From assembly GCA_002011125.2 (NCBI GenBank), contig MTMF02000009.1, positions 1,000,989-1,064,988 on the forward strand: 64,000 nucleotides of DNA, in the 5' to 3' direction. The translations under genes and the position numbers were made by a program. Under the pieces are notes generated by a model, which had not been told where the DNA came from, did not search any database, and saw only the letters and a program-made list of their open reading frames with translations. Below are positions 8,755 to 18,450 of this stretch, piece by piece (the first letter of the stretch is position 1; each line of letters opens with the position of its first letter). Source of the DNA: Candidatus Hydrothermarchaeum profundi (GTDB lineage Archaea; Hydrothermarchaeota; Hydrothermarchaeia; Hydrothermarchaeales; Hydrothermarchaeaceae).

Positions 8755-10348
8755 CTCTTTTCCCCTCAATTGGCAGAGTAAAATAGAAGCAACTACCCTT
8801 GCCATATCTGCTCTTAACTGCAATTTCTCCCCCTAGAAAGTTAACTATCCTCTTAGCCACTGCTAGACCTAATCCCGTACCCCCATACCTTCTAGAGCTA
8901 CTACTGTCCACCTGATATAAAGGGTCAAAGATTTTATCTAACTTATCCGCGGGTATACCCACTCCCGAATCTGATATAGACACCTCTATCATTTCTCCTT
9001 TTCTTCTAGTGTGTATAAGTATCTTCCCCCCAGGCTTATTAAACTTTATTGCGTTGCTTAATAAGTTACTCAGCAAATGTTGGAATCTTTTACGATCAGT
9101 CCTCACATAGGGTAGATTATCATTTAATAAAACTTTTAATTTTATATTTCTTTGGACAAGGGTTGGTTCGAAATACCTAATCGCTGTGGTAATAAGTTGC
9201 TTTACATCTACATTTTCAAATTCCCATTTCAACTCTCCCCTTTCTAACCTAGCCGCTTCTATTAGGTCACGGATTATCATATTTTGTCTGTTTATGGCTT
9301 TCATAGCTATTTTATAGAGTTTTTCTTTTTCTACCGGGTTTTCCTCCTCTTTTAGAAGTTCTATAGCACCTTTCACGATCGTAGTTGGTGTAAGCAGCTC
9401 ATGGCTCACGTTGGATATTATATTGTTCTTTAATTCGTGCAGATCCTGCAATTCTTCATACGCTCTCCTAGTTTTTTCAAAAAGCCTATAATGCTCGATA
9501 GCGACAGAAGATTGTCCCGCTAATGTTATCAGAGTTCTAAGACTGTCTTTAGTAAATTTTCCTTTTTTTTGGCTTGCTACGTATAAAACGCCAAGTGGAA
9601 GACCGCCTCTCGACATGAATGGTACTGCTAAGAATGATTTTAGGCCTTCTTTTTCTACTTCTTGGTAGGGCGCTTTTTTGAGCCTTTGGTCTGAGAAGAA
9701 GTCGTCCACTATTATCGGCTTTTTTTCTTGGATGGCGAGCCATCCTAGGCCTGCGCCTTTTTCTAGCCGTATTCTCTTAAAGTCCTCGGTATGTATGCCG
9801 TTAAAGCTGTGATGAACAATAACGTCATCCTCCACAAAGCCAAAAAAGGCAGCATCCGCGCCAGTAAGCTCCCTCGCCTTACTTACGATGAAACTTAGGA
9901 GTGAGGGCAAGTCCTCTTTTTCGACAATATTTTTTTGAATTTCATGCAGGGCAAACAGTCCTTCAAGATAATTATCTAGTTTTTCTTCCGCTCTTCTTTG
10001 TTCTGTGATGTCTTCAATCATCTCGAGGACACCAACTATCTTGTCCTCTTTCTTAATAGGTAAAAAAGTGCTTTTAATTATCAAATTTGGTTTAATAACT
10101 CTCTCAACACTTCGAATTTTCTCTCCTTTAAGAGCTTCGGTAGCTAGACATTCAGGGCAGAGTCCATCTGCTTGACGTCCGCTATAAAAAACTTTGTAGC
10201 AGTGCTTTGAAGTAGGATCAAATTTTACATCAAAAAAATTTAATATGAATGTATTAACTCTAACTACCTTTAAATCTTTGTCCAAGTATAGTAGGCCTAT
10301 AGGAGCGTGCTCAAAGACGTGTTCAAGCTCCTTATTTTTTTCTTCCAT
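8732..10348 (-). CDS. Cytoplasmic sensor histidine kinase (PAS-GAF-HisKA-HATPase)
   Basis: PAS-like N-terminus, GAF (GAGLGW...LAVP...GVLYVAS), VSHELLTP H-box, NLLSNAIKF, DSGVGI and GGTGLGL. Confidence 0.92.
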   Translation of the reverse strand: MEEKNKELEHVFEHAPIGLLYLDKDLKVVRVNTFILNFFDVKFDPTSKHCYKVFYSGRQADGLCPECLATEALKGEKIRSVERVIKPNLIIKSTFLPIKKEDKIVGVLEMIEDITEQRRAEEKLDNYLEGLFALHEIQKNIVEKEDLPSLLSFIVSKARELTGADAAFFGFVEDDVIVHHSFNGIHTEDFKRIRLEKGAGLGWLAIQEKKPIIVDDFFSDQRLKKAPYQEVEKEGLKSFLAVPFMSRGGLPLGVLYVASQKKGKFTKDSLRTLITLAGQSSVAIEHYRLFEKTRRAYEELQDLHELKNNIISNVSHELLTPTTIVKGAIELLKEEENPVEKEKLYKIAMKAINRQNMIIRDLIEAARLERGELKWEFENVDVKQLITTAIRYFEPTLVQRNIKLKVLLNDNLPYVRTDRKRFQHLLSNLLSNAIKFNKPGGKILIHTRRKGEMIEVSISDSGVGIPADKLDKIFDPLYQVDSSSSRRYGGTGLGLAVAKRIVNFLGGEIAVKSRYGKGSCFYFTLPIEGKRDGKHNVS

Positions 10349-10528
10349 ATTAAACTCCTCAGTTAAAAAAATATACATATAACTTAATCGTATATACTTT
10401 ATGTTTACATATCTGAGTTCAAATATCTACAAAAGTGATTATTTTTCCAGAGCTCTCGCAAAAATTACATAAGAAAAAAAGGTGAGGAAAGCTAAAGTGT
10501 TATATTAAATCACGCATGAGGATTTAAT

Positions 10529-11713
10529 ATGCGTTTTGCACATCTTTCAGATACTCACCTGGGCTATAGGCAATATAATCTCGATAAGAGAGAAGATGAT
10601 TTCTACAAGGCGTTTCATAAGTGCATAGACAAAATAATAGACGAAAAATGTGATTTTGTCATTCACTCAGGGGACCTATTCGATGAACCTAGGCCGCATA
10701 TTAGGGCCTTGGTAGAAGTCAGAAAAGCAATAGATAAACTTCATGATTCGGGCATAGAATTTATTACAGTAGCTGGCAATCACGACATTCTAATGAGAAA
10801 GGGGTCTCTAATACCTCACGCACTTTACAAGAGAATAAAAGTTCTTACACCAAAAAACCCAGTAAAAGTTATTGGAGATGTTTTTATCGGAGGGCTTCCA
10901 TATCACTCGAAAATACATATTAATGCATTAAAAGACTCCCTTAAACTTCTATCCAAGAAATCGCAAGAATATGGGAAAAGAATATTGGTCATGCATCAGG
11001 GGATAGATAAATATTTTGGGTTGGAATACGAGCTAAAGTTTGGAGATGTCCCTAAGGGTTTCGACTATTATGCTTTTGGGCATATTCATAAGAGAATAGA
11101 AGACGAATTTGAAGGGGGAAAAATAGTTTATCCAGGGTCTACTGAGATCTGGAGAGTAGATGAATTAGTTGATTTTGAAAAGAATAGGAAAGGCTTTGTT
11201 TTAGTTGATACCGATGATTTTTCAATTAAAAGAGTAGATATAGACATTAGGCCCTTCATAAAGCTAGAAGTTGAGTCAACTTTTGATCTTAACGAAATTA
11301 AGCATAGGATAGCAGGAAAGAAAAAACCTATTTTATATGTTACTGTTAAAACAGATGATCAGAGATATCAAACTATATATAGAGAGCTGAATAGGGAACT
11401 AAGTAACAAAGTTCTTTATATCGACATAAAAAAGAAAAATATTTCAAAAGAGGAAACTCGTTTTACAGAGGCAGTTGATTTAAGAGACCTCATCAATGAA
11501 ATGATGGAGGGTTATAAAGGAGAGGAAAAGGATTTTGCATACAGTCTTTTTAAAACACTTTCCTCTGGGGATATAGAAGCTGCTTTCACTTTAACTGAAG
11601 ATTTCTATCGGGTATGGGATTCTAATGCCCAGGATATAAAAAATAGAGGCAAGGCAGAGGCACCAAGTAAAATCAAAGAAGTATTCCAGAGCAGTTTGGA
11701 GGCTTATAGATGA
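10529..11713 (+). CDS. mre11: DNA repair exonuclease Mre11
   Basis: HLSDTHLG, HSGDLFD, GNHD, GHIH and YPGS phosphoesterase motifs. Overlaps rad50. Confidence 0.93.
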   Translation: MRFAHLSDTHLGYRQYNLDKREDDFYKAFHKCIDKIIDEKCDFVIHSGDLFDEPRPHIRALVEVRKAIDKLHDSGIEFITVAGNHDILMRKGSLIPHALYKRIKVLTPKNPVKVIGDVFIGGLPYHSKIHINALKDSLKLLSKKSQEYGKRILVMHQGIDKYFGLEYELKFGDVPKGFDYYAFGHIHKRIEDEFEGGKIVYPGSTEIWRVDELVDFEKNRKGFVLVDTDDFSIKRVDIDIRPFIKLEVESTFDLNEIKHRIAGKKKPILYVTVKTDDQRYQTIYRELNRELSNKVLYIDIKKKNISKEETRFTEAVDLRDLINEMMEGYKGEEKDFAYSLFKTLSSGDIEAAFTLTEDFYRVWDSNAQDIKNRGKAEAPSKIKEVFQSSLEAYR

Positions 11714-14082
11714 TTATCCAAGAAGTGAGCATTAAAAACTTTAGGTCCCATAAGAATACCTCACTTCAGTTCAAAGAGGGGATACATGTTATTGTAGGAG
11801 ATAATGGCTCAGGTAAAACTAGCATCTTAGATGCTTTGAATTTTGCGCTATTCAAACAGAAGTCAAACAAGGAGGTAAATATAGATAACCTTATTAGAAG
11901 GGGGGCATCTGAGTGTATCATTTCCGTAGTATTCCACTCTAACGGTAGGAAGTATAAAGTGATTAGAGGCAGGAAAATCGGAAAAGCTTCAGGAAGTGCT
12001 ATTTATCGAATTGACAATGGAGAAACACTCATCGCAAGAGGAGAGGATGAAATAACCAAAGAAGTCGAAGAAATTCTCAAGGTTAATGGAGAGTTATTCA
12101 CTAGCGCTATTTACATAAAACAAGGAGAAATTGACAGTCTGATTTCGGCTACCCCTTCAACTCGCAAAGAGCATATAGGAAAACTCTTAGGCGCAGAAGA
12201 TCTGGAACGTGCTTATCAGAGGATGTATGATATTTTGAAGGAATATCGAATAAAATTAGAGGGCTATGCTTCTTTGCCTGAAGAAATAAATGAACGTAAA
12301 AATAGGATTAAAGAAGAAGAAAAGGAGATAGAAATACTAAGTCAAAAGTTAATTGAGGTAAAAAATATTCTAAAAAAGAAAAAAAAAGAATTTAAAAGCT
12401 TAGAAGAAAAAATAGGAAACTTGGAAAAACTGCAAAATCTAGAATCAGAAAAAAAGCTATTAGAAAGCAATTTAGATCATATAAGAGACAACATAGAGAA
12501 AATAACTTCGTCAGAATTAGAGCTTGAAAAGACTAAAGAAGCTCATAGACAATATATAAAATTAGAAGAGGAAATCGAAAGGCTTAGAAATGATAAAAAT
12601 AAACTGTTCGTTATAAAAGAGAGATTAAAATCATTAGAAAGGGAACTAGGCAGCTATGGTGAAAAAATCAAGGAGATAGATGATTTTTTTTCACAAAAGT
12701 TTGGCGATTTAGAAGATATTCTGCCTGAAAAAATTTCGACAATAGAACAGCTGAAGCAAGTGTTGGATAGGAAAATAAAAGACATCAAGGAGGAGAAGAG
12801 AAAAAAGGAAGAAGAGAAAGAAAGTATACTTTCAGAAATCAATGAATATAAAGGACAGAATACTGAGATCCTAAGGGCGAAGCAAGAGTTAGAAAAAGCA
12901 GCTGATAAATGTCCCACTTGCGGTCAAACGTTATCAGTTACTCATAAAAATAAACTTATCAGAGATTATTCTAGGAAGATACGGGAAAATCAAAACATTA
13001 TCTCTGAGAAGGAAGTAAAGATTGAGGAAATTAATGAAGAGATCAAGAGACTATCACACCTATTTGAAGAACTTAAAGGAGTTAACCTAGATCTATTGGG
13101 CTCATATGAAAAAGAAAAGAAAGAGGCAGAGAAAAAAAGAAATGAAATTAAGGAATCTATAAAAGAGCAAGAGGAAAAGCTTAGAACACTTCGGGATGTA
13201 GAGTCTTTTTTAACGCAAAAGGAAAATGAGAAAGAACAGCTTAGGGATAAGCATGAGAGATATATAAGCGCTAAAAGATTTCTGAGGGAGAGGTTACCGG
13301 ATAAAGAAAGGTATCTCAAAAAAATGGAGGTCATCAAAGCGAGGATAGAGAGAATCAAAGGCGAGATGGATAATATATTTGGGGTCATAGGATATGTGCC
13401 TAAAGCTGAGGAGCTTTGGAAAGTTAGAGAAGCTTATAGGAGTAAATGGGAAGAACTTACTAAGCTGGAAAAAATAAAGACAGAAAAAGAATCTATAATT
13501 TTAGAAAAAAAGAAAAAAATATCTATCTATAGAGATGAAATAGAAAAATTAACAAAAAGAAAAATAGAAGGCGAACAGCTCGCAAAGTTTGTTACTTTTC
13601 TAGAAAAAGTCCGCAGTTTTTTCCATAAGGATTGCTTACAAAAAGAGCTTAGAATACGGGCTAGGCCTTTAATAGAAAGGTATACTCGGGAAATATTTGA
13701 CCGTTTCAATCTACCCTACTCAGATTTAAAAATTACCGATGACTTCAATATTGAATTATATGGGCCTCATGGGAAAGAAACTGTTGATATGCTTAGTGGT
13801 GGCGAAAAAATTGCTGCAGCACTTGCACTTAGAATAGGTATTGCCAAAGCGTTATCAGGTCGAGCTATGGAGCTAATCATTCTTGATGAGCCGACTATTC
13901 ATTTAGATGCTCAACGGAGGCAGGAACTAGTAGAAATTATTAGAAGACTTTCCTCTATCCCGCAGACTATCGTAGTAACTCACGATAAAGAGTTTGAGCA
14001 AGCCGCCGATGTTTTAATCGCGGTTGAAAAAGTTAATGGCATCTCTACTGTTAAGCAACTTGAATTAATTCTGGAATCGTAG
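11710..14082 (+). CDS. rad50: DNA double-strand break repair ATPase Rad50
   Basis: GDNGSGKTS Walker A, coiled coils, central CPTC zinc hook, LSGGE signature and ILDEPT Walker B. Confidence 0.93.
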   Translation: MIIQEVSIKNFRSHKNTSLQFKEGIHVIVGDNGSGKTSILDALNFALFKQKSNKEVNIDNLIRRGASECIISVVFHSNGRKYKVIRGRKIGKASGSAIYRIDNGETLIARGEDEITKEVEEILKVNGELFTSAIYIKQGEIDSLISATPSTRKEHIGKLLGAEDLERAYQRMYDILKEYRIKLEGYASLPEEINERKNRIKEEEKEIEILSQKLIEVKNILKKKKKEFKSLEEKIGNLEKLQNLESEKKLLESNLDHIRDNIEKITSSELELEKTKEAHRQYIKLEEEIERLRNDKNKLFVIKERLKSLERELGSYGEKIKEIDDFFSQKFGDLEDILPEKISTIEQLKQVLDRKIKDIKEEKRKKEEEKESILSEINEYKGQNTEILRAKQELEKAADKCPTCGQTLSVTHKNKLIRDYSRKIRENQNIISEKEVKIEEINEEIKRLSHLFEELKGVNLDLLGSYEKEKKEAEKKRNEIKESIKEQEEKLRTLRDVESFLTQKENEKEQLRDKHERYISAKRFLRERLPDKERYLKKMEVIKARIERIKGEMDNIFGVIGYVPKAEELWKVREAYRSKWEELTKLEKIKTEKESIILEKKKKISIYRDEIEKLTKRKIEGEQLAKFVTFLEKVRSFFHKDCLQKELRIRARPLIERYTREIFDRFNLPYSDLKITDDFNIELYGPHGKETVDMLSGGEKIAAALALRIGIAKALSGRAMELIILDEPTIHLDAQRRQELVEIIRRLSSIPQTIVVTHDKEFEQAADVLIAVEKVNGISTVKQLELILES

Positions 14083-14094
14083 TGAAAAATCAGA

Positions 14095-14379
14095 TTAGGC
14101 TAGCTTTTTTAGAAACTCATCGACAGGTATTATGGGGAAAGTATTCGTTCTTATAGTACCTCGGGAAGCTAATTCTACCATCGCAGCAGCTACGATTACC
14201 TCATTAGGCGCCTCTACAATGTTTAGGAAATCGTAGTTCCCTAGTACAACATATTGTTCTATAACTTTTACTCCCATTTTCTCTAGTTCGGAATTAACTT
14301 CTTTTACTCTGTGTGGATTCTTCTTTAATGTTCTAGCCCCCTCGTCTGTTAAACTAGAAACGATCATATACAGCGGCAA
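14095..14379 (-). CDS. GYD domain protein
   Basis: LTDEGARTL...LGNYDFLNIVEAP...RGTIRT pattern. Strong SD (GGAGGTGA) before the TTG. Confidence 0.8.
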   Translation of the reverse strand: MPLYMIVSSLTDEGARTLKKNPHRVKEVNSELEKMGVKVIEQYVVLGNYDFLNIVEAPNEVIVAAAMVELASRGTIRTNTFPIIPVDEFLKKLA

Positions 14380-14532
14380 TAAATTTCACCTCCTAACCTT
14401 TTATTTTAAATTATAATTGAAATCCTTATTAATCTTACCGTTTAGTTCTTTTAATCTGGCAGGTTGGGCTAGATAATTCACATACCTAAAATTTGGTTTT
14501 TTAATTATTGTAGTGGGCTTAAAAAATTCTGC

Positions 14533-14556
14533 GGTTGTGCAATATATTAAACAACC
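14533..14556. promoter_or_regulatory. Imperfect palindrome GGTTGT-gc-AATATATT-aa-ACAACC, putative regulator site
   Basis: Dyad symmetry read directly, just upstream of the BRE/TATA of the apr operon. Confidence 0.45.
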
Positions 14557-14558
14557 AC

Positions 14559-14573
14559 CGAAATCTTTATATA
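14559..14573 (+). promoter_or_regulatory. Archaeal BRE/TATA promoter of the apr-sat operon
   Basis: CGAAA followed by TTTATATA, about 35-55 bp upstream of the candidate aprA starts. Confidence 0.6.
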
Positions 14574-14576
14574 CTA

Positions 14577-14613
14577 CTTAACGATAGTTAAGTGAATTTT
14601 AACGATTGTTAAG
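14577..14613. promoter_or_regulatory. Two tandem palindromic operators TTAAC-N4-GTTAA (21-bp spacing)
   Basis: CTTAACGATAGTTAAG (14577-14592) and TTAACGATTGTTAAG (14599-14613), directly downstream of the TATA box. Confidence 0.6.
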
Positions 14614-16336
14614 GAGTGTTTGTAAATTGGAAATCGATACCGACCTTCTCATTATAGGTGGTGGCACAGCAGGTTGCCTTGCAGCAGTTGAAGCTAAAGA
14701 GCTAGATCCAGATTTAAAAGTCACAATTCTAGAGAAAGCACATATAGAAAGAAGTGGATGTCTCGCAGGCGGGATAAATGCAATTAATGTATACATCCAT
14801 GAAGGAGAGTCTCCTGAAAGTTATGTAAGGTGGGCACGCTGGTATGCCATGGGTTTACTAAGAGAAGACCTAGCCTTAACTATGGCTAGAGAGATAAACA
14901 AGGCTATAGAGAAGGTCGAGAAGTGGGGCTTACCTATACCCAAGGATGATAAGGGCCGATATCTAAGAAGAGGGCGGTGGGGGATTCATGTTTTTGGAGA
15001 GTCTATAAAACCCATTCTCGCGAAGGCAGTAAAAAATGCTGAGGTGGATGTATATAATAGAGTAGTGGTAACAAATCTTCTGACTAAAAGAGAAAAGGTT
15101 ATTGGAGCGGTAGGGTTTGGAGTTAGAAATGGAGACTTCTACCTGGTAAGAGCGAAAGCTACTATCGTTGCAACAGGCGGAGCAGCAGGACTTTATAAAC
15201 CTAAAAATGATGGTGAAGCCCATCATAAAATATGGTATTCGCCTTTTAACACAGGAACAGGTTACGCGGTGGGGATCAGAGCTGGTGCTGAGATGACAAG
15301 CTTTGAAATGAGGTTTAATGCTATTCGTATAAAAGATGTAAACGCGCCGATTGGCACCATAGCTGTTGGTTTTAATGCACCGGTCATTAATTCTAAAGGT
15401 GAAAAATTTATGCAGAAAAACTATGCGCACTTAGGAGGCGAGGCAGCGCCAACTCCACTGCGAGTACATGGGCCAATGGAAGAAATAAGAAATGGTAGAG
15501 GACCATGTTATATAGATACTCGGAGGTTAAATGATAAAGACTTGAGACGTTTGAAAGAAGAATATCTCGACGAATATCCCACACTAGTATTGTATCTCGC
15601 TTCAAACGGTATAGATCTTAAAAATAGGTTTCTTGAGATCTACGGCACAGACCCATATATTGTTGGTGGGCATTGTAACGCGGGGTATTGGATAAATACT
15701 GATCGATCAACTACGTTAGAAGGTCTATATGCAATTGGAGATGTTGCTGGTGGAGCTAGCAGTAAGTTCGTGGGAGGTTGCTTCGCTGAGGGTATTATAG
15801 CAGCTCGCGCAGCTGTTGATTACATATGTAACAAAAATGCTTTGGAAGAAGTAGATCCAGAACTGGTAGATAAAGAGAGGTATAGAACTTTTGCTCCGCT
15901 ATGGAGATATAAAGAAGGAAGACATGGGCCTACTCCTAAGGAAATGGAACTAAGATTGCAAAAAGTTATGGATGAGTATGTGGGCGGTGTACATCAGTTT
16001 TACTTGATAACTGAAAAAGGGCTAGAAATAGCTAAAATTGAGATTAAGGCACTTAAAGAGCAAGCAGAGAATCTTATTGCAAGAGACCTTCATGAACTCA
16101 TGCTTGCGCATGAGTTAATAGATAGGTTAGATGTTGCTGAAGTGCTTATTCATCATCTCCTATATCGTAAAGAGACGAGATGGCCGGGATTCCAGGATCG
16201 GGTAGAGTATCCACATTTAGACGACAAGAATTGGCTGGTATTCGTAAACTCTAGAAAGAATCCTAAGACCGGAGAAATAGAGGTTTTTACAAGGCCTTAT
16301 GAGCAAATTGTCCCAGGGGATAGGTACAATCCATGA
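14606..16336 (+). CDS. aprA: Adenylylsulfate (APS/PAPS) reductase alpha subunit, AprA-like flavoprotein
   Basis: IIGGGTAGC FAD motif, RSGCLAGGINAIN, WYSPFNTG, GAEMTSFEMRF and RKETRWPG. Followed by AprB and Sat. The start may be TTG 14627. Confidence 0.9.
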   Translation: MLRSVCKLEIDTDLLIIGGGTAGCLAAVEAKELDPDLKVTILEKAHIERSGCLAGGINAINVYIHEGESPESYVRWARWYAMGLLREDLALTMAREINKAIEKVEKWGLPIPKDDKGRYLRRGRWGIHVFGESIKPILAKAVKNAEVDVYNRVVVTNLLTKREKVIGAVGFGVRNGDFYLVRAKATIVATGGAAGLYKPKNDGEAHHKIWYSPFNTGTGYAVGIRAGAEMTSFEMRFNAIRIKDVNAPIGTIAVGFNAPVINSKGEKFMQKNYAHLGGEAAPTPLRVHGPMEEIRNGRGPCYIDTRRLNDKDLRRLKEEYLDEYPTLVLYLASNGIDLKNRFLEIYGTDPYIVGGHCNAGYWINTDRSTTLEGLYAIGDVAGGASSKFVGGCFAEGIIAARAAVDYICNKNALEEVDPELVDKERYRTFAPLWRYKEGRHGPTPKEMELRLQKVMDEYVGGVHQFYLITEKGLEIAKIEIKALKEQAENLIARDLHELMLAHELIDRLDVAEVLIHHLLYRKETRWPGFQDRVEYPHLDDKNWLVFVNSRKNPKTGEIEVFTRPYEQIVPGDRYNP

Positions 16337-16342
16337 GGTGAT

Positions 16343-16660
16343 ATGTTGACCATCGTGATACACCATGAAAAATGCACTGGGTGCAAAGGCATGAAAGAAC
16401 CTCTATGTGTAAAGCTCTGCCCAGGAGACCTTATAATGATAAAAAATGAGAAGTCCTTCATCCGAGACCCCGGAGATTGTTGGGATTGTATGGCATGCGT
16501 AAAATCATGCCCTTACGGCGCTATTGAAACCAAGCTTCCTTATGAGCTGGGTTATAAAGATGCGCATTTGATTCCCAAGAGAAAAGGGAAGATAATAGTC
16601 TGGGAGCTTGTTTACTCAGACGGCCGAAGGGAAGTATTTGAGAGGCAGGTGAGATTATGA
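16343..16660 (+). CDS. aprB: APS reductase beta subunit, short 2x[4Fe-4S] ferredoxin
   Basis: CTGCKG...LCVKLCPGD and CWDCMACVKSCP. 105 aa, without the long C-terminal tail of dissimilatory AprB. Confidence 0.85.
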   Translation: MLTIVIHHEKCTGCKGMKEPLCVKLCPGDLIMIKNEKSFIRDPGDCWDCMACVKSCPYGAIETKLPYELGYKDAHLIPKRKGKIIVWELVYSDGRREVFERQVRL

Positions 16661-18450
16661 GGCAAACTCCAGTTGGAGGCAGATTAGTTAACAGAGTATT
16701 AAAGGGCAGAGATAAAGTGAGAGCTAAAGAAGCAGCGGCTAACCTCCCAAAAATCAAGATTGAAAATGATATTATAGTCACGCTTGAGATGATAGCTACT
16801 GGAGTGTTGAGTCCGTTAGAAGGATTTCAGGGATACGAAGATTATAGAAGCATATTAGAAGATAAAAGACTTGCTGACGGTACACCCTGGACAATCCCCC
16901 AAATATTCGCTCCGAATATAGAGTCAACTAAGAGTCTAGACGAGATTAAGGAAGGGGAGGATATAGCTCTTATTGGAAAATCAGGAGAACCCATTGCTTT
17001 ACTACATTTGGAGGAGAAGTTTACTATCGATAGAAAAGAAATGGTAGAATATATTTTTGGTACGAGTGATAAATCTCACCCAGGAGTTAATTATGTTTAT
17101 AGGAAGGGAGAAAGGGCTTTAGCAGGAAAGATAGATCTAATACACAGACCTTCATGGGGCCCATTTGAGAAATATAGACTTGAGCCTAAAGATACTTGGG
17201 AAATATTTAAGGAAAGAAACTATGAAACAGTAGTAGGATTTCAAACAGCTAACCCTCTCCATCGGGGCCATGAGTATTTGCAGAAATGTGCATTGGAAAT
17301 ATTTGATGGGATATTTATTAACCCAATAGTTGAAACCACCCGACGGGCGTATTTTAGAAATGAATTCAGGATAAAAGCATACGAGGAGGCTATCAAGGTC
17401 TACTATCCGGAAGATAGAGTAGTTTTTGCACCGCTCAGACTAATAATGCAATATGCTGGACCAAGAGAAGCAGTAATGCATGCCTTGATAAGGAGAAACT
17501 ACGGATGCACGCATTTTATTTTGGGAAGAGATCATGCAGGATACAAAGATTATTACCCGAAATATGCATCTCAAAAAATATTTAAAGAGTTTGAAGAGGA
17601 TGAGCTTGGGATAACCCCCTTATTCTTCCGAGAAGCCTTTTATTGCGCTCGTTGCGCTAATCTAGCTACAGAGAAGACATGTCCTCATGGTAAAGAATAC
17701 CATATTACTATGAGCGCCTCTATAATCCAGGATATTTTTAGGTATGGCTATCTCCCTCCAAAAGAAGTAATGCGGCCAGAAGTTTCACAGATAGCAATAC
17801 AGGGAATCCAGCCAAAAGGGCTTGATGAGACTGGACATGCATTAGAATCTCCTGGAGCAGCAATAAAAGGCATGTTTCCATTCTATATAACCCACTACAG
17901 GCTTGGAGGATATAAAAGGGACAGACCGCTAGACGTTAATTCCCTTACAGTTGCGGATATCCGCAGGGCGCTTCTTGATGTAAGGATTAACGCGAGTAAG
18001 ATATACGAAGAAATCTATGAGACGATTGCTTATTATTTCGATATATCCCGGGATTTGGTTGCTAATCGTAGAGGAGAGGCTTTAGAACAGTCGGTGGATA
18101 GGCAAATTAGATTGATTAAAACTTTGAAGGAAAAAGTTGAGGGTGCACCAGAATCTGTACAAGACCCATTTATGTATCAAGATAAAAACGAGGCCAAAAA
18201 AGAATTAGATATAGCTCAAAAAATATTAAACGACCTTTTCAGGTATAGGCCCAAGGATTTTGGTATAAGAATCTGGAATCCACTAGAATATGAGAGGTAT
18301 CGACATTCTTCGATTGCAACCTCTTCAGTTTATCCGAATATAATCTACGATAAAATGAACCGGGCTAGCATAGAGGACGATGCGAAACCTAATGCATCTA
18401 TCGCCGTCGCTGAAGCAGATTGGAATTATGAAAAGAGGGTAAGAAAATGA
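16657..18450 (+). CDS. sat: Sulfate adenylyltransferase (Sat)-like protein with extra C-terminal domain
   Basis: GVLSPLEGF, HPGV, FQTANPLHRGHEY, YAGPREAVMHALIRRNYGCTHFILGRDHAG and a YCARC...CPH zinc site. Confidence 0.85.
   Translation: MRQTPVGGRLVNRVLKGRDKVRAKEAAANLPKIKIENDIIVTLEMIATGVLSPLEGFQGYEDYRSILEDKRLADGTPWTIPQIFAPNIESTKSLDEIKEGEDIALIGKSGEPIALLHLEEKFTIDRKEMVEYIFGTSDKSHPGVNYVYRKGERALAGKIDLIHRPSWGPFEKYRLEPKDTWEIFKERNYETVVGFQTANPLHRGHEYLQKCALEIFDGIFINPIVETTRRAYFRNEFRIKAYEEAIKVYYPEDRVVFAPLRLIMQYAGPREAVMHALIRRNYGCTHFILGRDHAGYKDYYPKYASQKIFKEFEEDELGITPLFFREAFYCARCANLATEKTCPHGKEYHITMSASIIQDIFRYGYLPPKEVMRPEVSQIAIQGIQPKGLDETGHALESPGAAIKGMFPFYITHYRLGGYKRDRPLDVNSLTVADIRRALLDVRINASKIYEEIYETIAYYFDISRDLVANRRGEALEQSVDRQIRLIKTLKEKVEGAPESVQDPFMYQDKNEAKKELDIAQKILNDLFRYRPKDFGIRIWNPLEYERYRHSSIATSSVYPNIIYDKMNRASIEDDAKPNASIAVAEADWNYEKRVRK

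Noticed and set aside
12300-13600. A-rich low-complexity tract and long antisense ORFs
   Set aside because: Explained by the Lys/Glu-rich Rad50 coiled coil.
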